DNA of 40,770 nucleotides from the sequence record MN850570.1, one strand, 5' to 3'. The translations under genes and the position numbers were made by a program. Source of the DNA: Escherichia phage mellemsur. Below are positions 17,700 through 25,760 of this stretch, piece by piece. The notes under the pieces were generated by a model. The model did no database searches. It saw only the letters and a list, made by a program, of their open reading frames with translations, and was not told the DNA's origin. The stretch's first letter is position 1; every line of letters begins with the position of its first letter.

Positions 17700-20144
17700 T
17701 TAGATTCTCCGAACTTTGTTGTAGAACTTGATGTAGTAGCCCAGCCCCTGAATGTTCAGGTCGCCAGCCGTGGACGAGTCCACAACCATGCTGCTGGATT
17801 CCACCTCAAGACCCATGCGAACTTTCAAGTGCGCACGCTTAGCCAGCGTCGCTGACTCCAGACCTAATTCCTGACTGGTGTACCGGATAGGGCTGCTGAT
17901 AATGTTCAGTGCCGAGTACGCACCCCGGTCGCTCGCTGTGATGTTGAACAGGCTCGTGTACCGCAACGTGAAGTTGTAGTGCATGATGACCATCTTGTTC
18001 ACATCCATGTACGAGCCATCCTGATTGAACACTCGCGGTGGCGTAGGGCTGAACACTGCTTTGAATCGCAGGCCCACATACAGTGAGGTGCTGCCATACG
18101 ATGGCTGGAGATAGACACGGCGGTTCGTGGTGTCGATGGACTTGATACCCACCTCAGCCCCGATGTAGTTGCCGGACGGCACTACGTTCGTCATGAAATC
18201 CCAGTTGCCCTCAGTCTGGTAGCGGTACTGGATGATATCCCACAGCGCCTTCTGCTCGCCTGTCGCGGCGAACTGAATGTACGAGCTGTCCGTGGCCGGG
18301 TTCGTCACAGTCATCAACTGGGCGTAGTCAATGGCCGGGAGGAATCGCGCCGGGTCAGTCGGGTCAGAGGAGTCTCGCATGGACAGCGTGAGCAAGTTCA
18401 TGTGGCCCTGCTGCTCAACCAGCACAACCAGAACCTCACGTACGAACCACGCAGCCTGCACGGTGCCGTAGATTTCCCAGCGGTGCCACGAGGACAGAAC
18501 CTTCTCGTCACCAGACCAGAGGTACTCGTTCACGTACAGCGTGGACTTCTCAGTCGTCGAGCCAAACACGACGATGTTGTTCGTGGTGCTGGCAGAGATG
18601 TACGAGTTGGCCCCTTCCAGATAGGTCGGCAGGTGGTCGGTCACATCCTGACTCACGTACTGCAAATCCGTGTAGCCGGACGGCAGCATCTCCTTGATGG
18701 AGAACGAGCTGTTCGAGCGCGGGTACGCATAATACAGGCTGCGGCCAGAGGTGGTCGGCGCTACGCCAGTGTCCATCTGGTACGTCGAGGTCAACACAGC
18801 GGTGGCGTTGTTCGGCGTGAGGATTTGGTTACGTCCGGGGATAACGGCTTGGTGTTCTTCACTGGCCAGAATCAGGTCAGAGTTGAACGGGATGCCGTAC
18901 CGGAACGATGCCCCGGCGAAGCTGGACGCAGTGAACTCAATACGGTCGTCGTCCAGTACCTGCGTCACAGTCGTACGGAAGAAGTTGTTGCGGTCTTCCT
19001 TGTTGCTGGAACCCATGGTGATGTACGGCCCGGAGAACACAATCAGGCGACCTTGGAAGGAGGCCAGTCCAGTAATGCCCACGCCATCAGCATCAGTGAA
19101 TGCTGGGATGGAGTTGGTCTTATCATCACCAGCCAGTCGGCCCGGCCACGTACCCTGCGTAAAGGTGTGCTGGTTCGTGGTTGAGGTCGTGCTAAAAATC
19201 AGCGGCATGGTGCTGGGGTTAATCCCGGTCGGGGAGCCGTAGGCACCCTTCTCCACCCAGCGTGAGTTCGCGTAATCCCACTGGAAATACTGAGCGAAGC
19301 TGTCGTCGCCCACGGTCATGATGAAGCCACCAGCCTGAGTCGGCAGACGTGCCGGGAGCTTGGTGGTTAAATCGACGCGGTGCGTGTTTGAGGCAATCGC
19401 ATAGCTGGAACCAGTGTTGGTTGATACGTTCAGGTCAGTGTACGCGGCAGTGGTCTGGAGGTACATGTATGCACCGTCCACCTGCACGACCTCAAGCCCG
19501 GTCGCGCCGCCGATGGCAGCGTCGAGCTGGGACTTCAACTGGCCGATGATGTACTCAGGAGTTGCCTGCGCAGATGCACCGGGCGCGTCTGAGTTCGGAG
19601 TCGTGTACGATGCAGACACAGCACCACCGCTGGTCTCAATACGGACGGTGTACTGCTTGCCGTAGCCGCCAGCCAGCACAAAGAAGTAACCCCGGCGACC
19701 CGGATTCATACGCGTCTCGTTCTCCAGAAGCACGGGCAGCTTGGAGCAGTTGGCAACATACATGGTGTTGCCCACGGTAGCGAATACAATGTCGTCGGGG
19801 TTGTTCGTGACGAGATAGCTGGACTGGCCCATGAACTGGACAGTCTCAGTCTCGACGATGGATGTGACGTAACCAGTCTTCGTGTTGACGATGAACGTGG
19901 TGATGCCCCATCCGAGGTTAGTGGTATAGAAGCGTAAGTGGCCGAAGTTACCAAGGCTCCAGACGTTCGCATTAGTGGAGTCCACAGTGCGGTGCAGTCG
20001 GGTGCCGGGGCGTTTACGCAGGCCACGAACAGTATCAGAGGTCATGTTGACCTGTTCCTCAACCTGCGATAGCTGTCGGTCGGTATAGACCTGCTGGCTC
20101 ACGCCGCCGAGGATGGATTTATAAGCGCCTTGGTATACTGGCAT
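17700..20144 (-). CDS. tail tubular protein B
   Basis: 814 aa (T7 gp12 size class); follows tail tubular A. Confidence 0.75.
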   Translation of the reverse strand: MPVYQGAYKSILGGVSQQVYTDRQLSQVEEQVNMTSDTVRGLRKRPGTRLHRTVDSTNANVWSLGNFGHLRFYTTNLGWGITTFIVNTKTGYVTSIVETETVQFMGQSSYLVTNNPDDIVFATVGNTMYVANCSKLPVLLENETRMNPGRRGYFFVLAGGYGKQYTVRIETSGGAVSASYTTPNSDAPGASAQATPEYIIGQLKSQLDAAIGGATGLEVVQVDGAYMYLQTTAAYTDLNVSTNTGSSYAIASNTHRVDLTTKLPARLPTQAGGFIMTVGDDSFAQYFQWDYANSRWVEKGAYGSPTGINPSTMPLIFSTTSTTNQHTFTQGTWPGRLAGDDKTNSIPAFTDADGVGITGLASFQGRLIVFSGPYITMGSSNKEDRNNFFRTTVTQVLDDDRIEFTASSFAGASFRYGIPFNSDLILASEEHQAVIPGRNQILTPNNATAVLTSTYQMDTGVAPTTSGRSLYYAYPRSNSSFSIKEMLPSGYTDLQYVSQDVTDHLPTYLEGANSYISASTTNNIVVFGSTTEKSTLYVNEYLWSGDEKVLSSWHRWEIYGTVQAAWFVREVLVVLVEQQGHMNLLTLSMRDSSDPTDPARFLPAIDYAQLMTVTNPATDSSYIQFAATGEQKALWDIIQYRYQTEGNWDFMTNVVPSGNYIGAEVGIKSIDTTNRRVYLQPSYGSTSLYVGLRFKAVFSPTPPRVFNQDGSYMDVNKMVIMHYNFTLRYTSLFNITASDRGAYSALNIISSPIRYTSQELGLESATLAKRAHLKVRMGLEVESSSMVVDSSTAGDLNIQGLGYYIKFYNKVRRI

Positions 20145-20692
20145 TATCCTCTCCGAGCACTCTCATAGCGCCACCAGCTTTTACGCTGGCGAGCATTGAA
20201 TCGACGCTGACGGGTATGAATGGTCTGGCACTGCTGGAGCGCCATGGCGTAGCCGCCCGTCACGCTGGCAGGTGGGTTGTCTCCCATGTCGTCCGCGTAC
20301 GCCGAGATAGCTGCTTGATAAGCAACGAGTCTTTGTACCGGACTTGGCAGGTCATCCCAACCCAAGTCATAAGTCACCAATCCCGGAACATCTTCTGTAA
20401 AAACAAAGGTTTGGGATTGCGCGTTGTAAAGATACCCGCCACGCACGATGCACTCAAACCCATCAGGGATGAAGCTCAGAGCGTCGGCGGGGTATTTTAC
20501 GCGACCGTCAGTTTCTCGCGGGATGGTGATTCGGATGTTGTTGAACCACCAACCGTCAGTGAGAACTTCCTCCTGAGCAATACCAATCTTGTCCAGCGCG
20601 AGCGTGACTGACGGGTTTCGAATCTCAGTGGAAGATACAGTGTGCTCAGACAATGCCCGAAGTACGATGTTTACAGCTTCGAGTAGAGTCAT
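20144..20692 (-). CDS. tail tubular protein A
   Basis: 182 aa (T7 gp11 size class); ATGA overlap with downstream gene. Confidence 0.7.
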   Translation of the reverse strand: MTLLEAVNIVLRALSEHTVSSTEIRNPSVTLALDKIGIAQEEVLTDGWWFNNIRITIPRETDGRVKYPADALSFIPDGFECIVRGGYLYNAQSQTFVFTEDVPGLVTYDLGWDDLPSPVQRLVAYQAAISAYADDMGDNPPASVTGGYAMALQQCQTIHTRQRRFNARQRKSWWRYESARRG

Positions 20693-20704
20693 TGCATTTC
20701 TCCA

Positions 20705-20893
20705 TTAACTGGTGAGGATGGCAGTCAGGTCGTCAGGAGTACCATCAAAGGTGCTCGTGTAAATCTGCGTGCCGTTAGCTGCGTGCTTAACGGTGGTCTT
20801 CGTTGGGTCTGTCGCATCTGCGAAGTAAGCGAAGATTTGTTCAGCCGGGAAGTAGATTGGCTTGCCATCATACACAGCAGTAATAACTTTCAT
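20705..20893 (-). CDS. hypothetical small protein downstream of capsid gene
   Basis: 62 aa; strong AAGGAGGG Shine-Dalgarno. Confidence 0.5.
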   Translation of the reverse strand: MKVITAVYDGKPIYFPAEQIFAYFADATDPTKTTVKHAANGTQIYTSTFDGTPDDLTAILTS

Positions 20894-20926
20894 GCACCCT
20901 CCTTTGGGTGAATAACGATAATCATA

Positions 20927-20949
20927 GAAGCCCCTCAGAGAAGGGCTTC
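20927..20949 (-). terminator. stem-loop / probable attenuating terminator after major capsid gene
   Basis: minus strand gaagccc-ttctctgag-gggcttc (7-bp stem) followed by U-rich uaugauuaucguuauu; analogous position to T7 T-phi after gene 10. Confidence 0.45.
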
Positions 20950-20959
20950 GAGTTTACCA

Positions 20960-21952
20960 TTAGGTCCCGGTAGTGACGACTGCCACCACGTCTGGACGAC
21001 GCTGACCCACAGTGTACATGTGGAAGCTATCCAGAACGTTGGTCAGTTCACGTTCGTCATCCCATACGCGGTTGAACAGCGGCTGGGCTTCGACAGTGAC
21101 CAGAGCCAGAGACGGGTCGAAGATAATCATCTTGCGCTGAATCTCGTCGGCGGTGACGTTGAAGTCAGGGCCGAGGATGTGGTCAGTGATTGCCGCCTGC
21201 GGGAACGCGTTGCTCTCGATGATACGGATACCGTTCACGTAAGCCACACGGCGCATTGCGAAGTCGTTGACACCACGGCCACCAGTGAACTCAACGTTCA
21301 TCAGTTTCTTGTGCTCCAGCAGAATGCTGAACCACGCCGGGTCAATCAGCGTAACCAGACGGCCAAGGTCAGCGTCGCGGCGAATGAACGCCTCGATAGC
21401 TTTCTTGTGGCCATGCACCAGCGCAGACGCGTTATCTTCCTCAGATGCCACGGTGTTAGTCAGAGTGACCTGCTCCTTGATACCTGCGTTGAACGCGCCA
21501 GCCAGAGAAGCCGGAGGCACGAAGTCAGCAGACTTCTGGAGCTGGATGACGTGCGCTTGGTCGAACGCCTTAGCCTGAGCAGTACCCATGTTACGGGTCA
21601 GCTCGGCACGGAAGTCCGGCGCAGTCCAGTCGTCCTGATAGTCAATCGGGATACGGATGTAAGACACGGTATCCACAGTGACAATCAGTTTCTCAGAGCG
21701 AACAGGCTGGTTGTCCAGCGCCTCGCCAGAGCGACGACCTTTAACGGTCACAGAGCCGAGACGGTCGCCACGCCAAGTGTTGGACTGGTTAGCCACAGAC
21801 TTGAAGTTGGTCAGACCGGAACGGAAGATGGAGTTGTAAATGAACTGGGTCTGCACGTCACGGTCATACACCTCAAGGTGAATGTCGTTGTCAGAGTTCG
21901 CGCCACCCCAGTGTGGACGGAACTGGTTCGGGGTATAAGCGTTATCAGCCAT
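20960..21952 (-). CDS. major capsid protein
   Basis: 330 aa; position after scaffold, before tail tube genes; followed by terminator. Confidence 0.8.
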   Translation of the reverse strand: MADNAYTPNQFRPHWGGANSDNDIHLEVYDRDVQTQFIYNSIFRSGLTNFKSVANQSNTWRGDRLGSVTVKGRRSGEALDNQPVRSEKLIVTVDTVSYIRIPIDYQDDWTAPDFRAELTRNMGTAQAKAFDQAHVIQLQKSADFVPPASLAGAFNAGIKEQVTLTNTVASEEDNASALVHGHKKAIEAFIRRDADLGRLVTLIDPAWFSILLEHKKLMNVEFTGGRGVNDFAMRRVAYVNGIRIIESNAFPQAAITDHILGPDFNVTADEIQRKMIIFDPSLALVTVEAQPLFNRVWDDERELTNVLDSFHMYTVGQRRPDVVAVVTTGT

Positions 21953-21972
21953 GAGAAATCCTTACGAAGAAA

Positions 21973-23205
21973 TTAGTAACCTTGAGCTTTAGCCTGACGG
22001 CGCTGCTCTACCAGTACGGCGTAATGCTTGTTGTATTCCGGGGAACCAACAGGATGCGCCTGCTCAAGCCAGCCAAGATGCTGACGGAATGCCTCGTTGG
22101 TCATAATCTCACGAGGTGCTTGACCGCCACCATTAGGCGTCAAAGTTTGTCCAGAGCGCTGAATCAAGTTCCCTGCGGAACCAGCGAACTGGAGAATGGT
22201 GTTCACTGCCAGACGTACCTGATTAGGGTCGCCGGAGTTAACAGCCGCGACAACAGCATCAATAGTGCCCTTGTCAGCAGCAGTATTGAATGCCTGTACA
22301 GCCAGACCCCATCGTTCCTCGCCGCCAGCCATCTGGTAAACCTGCTGCTCGATTGCAGCGTCGCGCTGCTGACCAGCCGCAACCAGTGCGCCGAATTGAC
22401 CTTTGAGGATTGATACAGTCTGTGGGTCGAACTGAGCCAGATAGCGGTCGTTCACCAGAGACGGGTCACGACGCTCGTAAGCAGAACCGAACGCTGCAAG
22501 CAGGTCGATGTTCTGGCCACGGGCAATGGTGTCCATGCCTTGGAATACGGCGCGACTGGTATCGTCCGGGAAAATCTGAGCAACCTGCTCTGCTGTCAGG
22601 CCACCTTCCTGAGTCGCCAGTTTCTCAGCCGTGAGGTTGGGATTCTGGAACTGCTGCGGCGGTTGACCCGGCTGCTGCGGCTGCAACTGCTGGAAAGGTT
22701 GCGGCTGCTGCTGCTGAGGCTGCGGTGCCTGCGGCTGGCCCGGCTGACGACCGTACGGGTCGAAAGCATAAGGCTGCGGAGCTACAGGGTTCTGGAACTG
22801 CTGTGCCGGAGCCGCTTGGCCCGGAGGCGTTGCGCCCGGATTCTGATACCCATTAACCGGAATTGGTGGTGCCGCAAACGGAGAGGTCTGCTGCGGAGCA
22901 CCATACGGGTTCTGCTGAGGTACGGGTGCGTAAGGACTTGGGTTTCCCTGTTGGGGCTGTGCATACGGGTTGTGCTCCTGTGCAGGAATCAGGCCCGGCT
23001 GCTGTCCGAACGGCTGCGCTGGCTGCGGGGTAGCGCCACCACGAGGTAACTCGATAGGCGTACCCAGTCGGCCTAGCGCTGGGTTCTGTACCACCTGTGG
23101 GCTTCCACCATAATCATTACCGCCGTGACCAGAGGGAGTATAGGTCGGGCCAGCGGGTACGTTTTGGGGAGCGGGTGCGGCAGTAGGTTGGGATTCACCA
23201 AACAT
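21973..23205 (-). CDS. scaffolding protein with N-terminal Pro/Gln-rich low-complexity region
   Basis: 410 aa between portal and capsid; first about 190 aa dominated by P/Q/G/A (QPQ, PQQ runs). Confidence 0.6.
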   Translation of the reverse strand: MFGESQPTAAPAPQNVPAGPTYTPSGHGGNDYGGSPQVVQNPALGRLGTPIELPRGGATPQPAQPFGQQPGLIPAQEHNPYAQPQQGNPSPYAPVPQQNPYGAPQQTSPFAAPPIPVNGYQNPGATPPGQAAPAQQFQNPVAPQPYAFDPYGRQPGQPQAPQPQQQQPQPFQQLQPQQPGQPPQQFQNPNLTAEKLATQEGGLTAEQVAQIFPDDTSRAVFQGMDTIARGQNIDLLAAFGSAYERRDPSLVNDRYLAQFDPQTVSILKGQFGALVAAGQQRDAAIEQQVYQMAGGEERWGLAVQAFNTAADKGTIDAVVAAVNSGDPNQVRLAVNTILQFAGSAGNLIQRSGQTLTPNGGGQAPREIMTNEAFRQHLGWLEQAHPVGSPEYNKHYAVLVEQRRQAKAQGY

Positions 23206-23215
23206 GTATTCTCCA

Positions 23216-24781
23216 TTAAATCTGTGCGATGTTAGGCGCTACATCAACTGCGCCCGGCTGTACGCCAGCGGCGGCAGCGGCTGCATTGTCGATGGCCTGA
23301 CCTTCTTGGGCCAAGTCTTGTGGCGACTTACGATAGTCGTCCAGCGCAACACCATTGGAGGCAAAGATAACCTCAAGGACTTTCTGAGGGTCGATGGTGT
23401 TAGCAACGCCATTAATATTCTGGACAGCAACCATTGCTGCCTGCGAGTCGGAGAGCGCTCTGATAAGCGTCTCAGCTTCAATGCTTCGACCGAGGGCATC
23501 CAAGCCAGCTTCGACTTGAAGCGACAGGATGTTGCCGACGATATCTGGTACGGTGGACTCGTCAATCTCCGCGAGCAGGACATACGCCAGAGGAATCTGG
23601 AGGGTCTTAGCCTGCATTGAGTACGGCCCACCCAGCCCACGCTCGGCGCTGGTTGCTACCTGCTGCACTTCGGTGGCGGTGGTACGTTCGGAGTCACGGA
23701 ACTCACCAGTGTACATGAAGGCTTGCGCCAGTCGCTGCACAATCTGGTTGATTTCGTCACGGGCCTGTTGAACTTTCTGGTAGTCCCCGACCTCCAGCCC
23801 CGACAACGTGGTGCCGTTCTGGAGTGGAATGACCTGCCCAGTCTCTGCGCTCTCAATGTCATCGACGTTGCCGCCAGAGCCAGTGAGCATCCACAGCACG
23901 CGTAGCGCTTCCTGCATGTACAGAGCAGAATGCTCAGACAGGAGCGACAGACGTGCGAAATCCCCAGCGTGGTCTTCGACAATCCCGCGACCGTAATGCT
24001 CGCCAGACTTCAAAGACCACACTGGGAATAACCATGGGCAGACTTTTTCAGGGTAGTAATCTTTACCGGGGGTATAGACGCAGCCTTGGTAGTTGCCAAT
24101 CTGCTGCGTTACTTCGTAGCCGTAATTGCCACTGTCCTTCTGAACGCGAAGGACGCGGGTATACAGCCACACGCGTTTGTTCCCACCACAGCGGAAGCCT
24201 TTGGAGTTCAGCTCATTCTGAAAGTCCTTCGGCAGAGAATCCCACTGGATGCGCTCCTTGACAATAGCATCCACCACAACGCCACGACCGTCGCGCTGCA
24301 CCACGAAGGATTCCAATCCGTACACTCGGTACGAACCAGTTTCCATATCGCGGTACAGCGCGGCGTTTCCGGTCACAGCTTGTTGGGCAATGCACTGGAG
24401 CAGGTCAGCGTAGCCGCCATTCTCTTTGGCTTTGTCTACGATGGCCTTCTCAATAGTGATAAGCGCCTGATTCACTTGCGACATAGACTGCCGCTGTTGG
24501 TCAGACACCTTGTTTAATTTCAGCTTCACGAATCGTGCGGAAGCCGGGAACAGGAACTCACCCAACCGAGCGGTCAGGTTGTTGACGAGCAGAGCGCCGA
24601 CAGACTGGTAATCACGAGTAATCTGCTGGCGGTTCATGTCGTCCACGTCACTGCGGTCGTACTCGCTCACCAGCTTAGCCAGTGTGTAGCGGCTGTACTC
24701 CCGCGCTTTCGTGACAACGTTGCTATCCCGGTACTTCTGCCACAGAGACTCATAGCTGACGTTCTGCGCGTCTTGAGTCAT
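23216..24781 (-). CDS. portal (head-tail connector) protein
   Basis: 521 aa (T7 gp8 size class); position upstream of scaffold/capsid. Confidence 0.75.
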   Translation of the reverse strand: MTQDAQNVSYESLWQKYRDSNVVTKAREYSRYTLAKLVSEYDRSDVDDMNRQQITRDYQSVGALLVNNLTARLGEFLFPASARFVKLKLNKVSDQQRQSMSQVNQALITIEKAIVDKAKENGGYADLLQCIAQQAVTGNAALYRDMETGSYRVYGLESFVVQRDGRGVVVDAIVKERIQWDSLPKDFQNELNSKGFRCGGNKRVWLYTRVLRVQKDSGNYGYEVTQQIGNYQGCVYTPGKDYYPEKVCPWLFPVWSLKSGEHYGRGIVEDHAGDFARLSLLSEHSALYMQEALRVLWMLTGSGGNVDDIESAETGQVIPLQNGTTLSGLEVGDYQKVQQARDEINQIVQRLAQAFMYTGEFRDSERTTATEVQQVATSAERGLGGPYSMQAKTLQIPLAYVLLAEIDESTVPDIVGNILSLQVEAGLDALGRSIEAETLIRALSDSQAAMVAVQNINGVANTIDPQKVLEVIFASNGVALDDYRKSPQDLAQEGQAIDNAAAAAAGVQPGAVDVAPNIAQI

Positions 24782-24783
24782 GC

Positions 24784-25044
24784 TTAGCTCCCAATGCCGA
24801 GGTTACTTGCCACACCAGTTCCGGTGCGACGGCGGCGACCACCCAGCGTATCAGAGGCCGAGCTTACTTGGCCACCTGCCTGAATGGTTGGGGTGTTCTC
24901 ACCAGCGAGGTCGGCTGCAAGGTTAGCCTGCATGGTTTCTGCCTTTACCTGCGCCGGGTCAGTCTTGATAGTGTACTGCGGCTTTTGGCTACCCAGTCCG
25001 AAGACGGAGCCAATGCCCTTGAATACTTTGCCTACGCTACCCAT
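24784..25044 (-). CDS. hypothetical protein (possible small virion protein)
   Basis: 86 aa Gly/Ser-rich with Arg cluster; directly upstream of portal. Confidence 0.4.
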   Translation of the reverse strand: MGSVGKVFKGIGSVFGLGSQKPQYTIKTDPAQVKAETMQANLAADLAGENTPTIQAGGQVSSASDTLGGRRRRTGTGVASNLGIGS

Positions 25045-25463
25045 TACGGTTTCTCCAAATCAATGAAGCGGTACTCCTGAACGTAAGGCCGCACCATATG
25101 GGAGTAACCGCACCAACGCACACCCGCTGAACGGGCCACGTCTTTGAGTACACGGAGGATGGCACGCATCACTCCACGGTTTCTGTACTGGGGCCAGACG
25201 TATGAGGCCATAACGACCACCATCTCGCCCACATGAATATCGAATAATCTGCCGATGTGAGCGACAGCCATGAGGCTGCCGTCATCGTCAGTGATGTAAA
25301 CGTCAACGCAACCGGAGGCGGTGGCCTCATACATGCTGTCAACAATCACATCGGGAGATAGGTCTGACCATGGCCGCTCAGCTTGAATACCTTCGGCCAC
25401 AGCACGGCGAATGTCGAGTGGCATCGTCGTGTGTGATGTATTTCCCATAGTAGACACTTTCAT
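25044..25463 (-). CDS. hypothetical protein, possible GNAT-like acetyltransferase
   Basis: 139 aa; segment WPQYRNRGVMRAIL resembles GNAT motif A; weak. Confidence 0.35.
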   Translation of the reverse strand: MKVSTMGNTSHTTMPLDIRRAVAEGIQAERPWSDLSPDVIVDSMYEATASGCVDVYITDDDGSLMAVAHIGRLFDIHVGEMVVVMASYVWPQYRNRGVMRAILRVLKDVARSAGVRWCGYSHMVRPYVQEYRFIDLEKP

Positions 25464-25464
25464 T

Positions 25465-25650
25465 TCAAATCACTCTTTCTCTGATGAAATCCAGAACGTC
25501 TTGCTTACCAGCCTCTCTGTTAATCAGAGGTAGGTTAGTGTCGGGAGTGACTGTCTTACCTACCTGAGACCATGTACCGAAGTGCTTCTCCAGTAGAGCT
25601 AACTGTGCTTTAGTGAACTGAACTCTTTCAAGTGGAGATTCTTTACCCAT
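25465..25650 (-). CDS. hypothetical small protein (start at MGKESPLERV)
   Basis: AAGAGAGGA Shine-Dalgarno before internal ATG; first gene after RNAP. Confidence 0.45.
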   Translation of the reverse strand: MGKESPLERVQFTKAQLALLEKHFGTWSQVGKTVTPDTNLPLINREAGKQDVLDFIRERVI

Positions 25651-25699
25651 ACAATCCTCTCTTAGTGGCAGCAACCCCCGCCACTGACGGGGCTACCGG

Positions 25700-25732
25700 T
25701 AGCGTGATATCTATCACTATAGACACTTTCAT
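25700..25732 (+). promoter_or_regulatory. conserved element copy A (plus strand tagcgtgatatctatcactatagacactttcat)
   Basis: Near-identical to reverse complement of 3819-3850; core CACTATAGA as in T7/SP6 promoters; flanked by 12-bp palindrome gctaccggtagc (25692-25703) and GC hairpin (25676-25692). Confidence 0.4.
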
Positions 25733-25760
25733 TTAAGTCAATGATACATATCACTATTTA

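Noticed and set aside
20893-21952. Programmed frameshift extension of the major capsid gene (as T7 10A/10B)
   Set aside because: Capsid ORF is followed by a terminator hairpin and a separate small gene with its own strong Shine-Dalgarno; no slippery sequence with an overlapping extended frame noticed.
11257-21976. Numerous long plus-strand ORFs (for example 11257..12144, 12205..13233, 14538..15323, 15753..16901, 18402..19184, 21020..21976) and similar ones at 26877..27758 and 30397..31092
   Set aside because: They lie antisense inside large minus-strand structural and enzyme genes with recognisable motifs; typical shadow ORFs of GC-rich coding sequence.
25660-25700. Intrinsic terminator immediately after the RNAP gene
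   Set aside because: GC hairpin (ccccg ccactga cgggg) is present but not followed by a U-run on either strand; left as regulatory context of element A.
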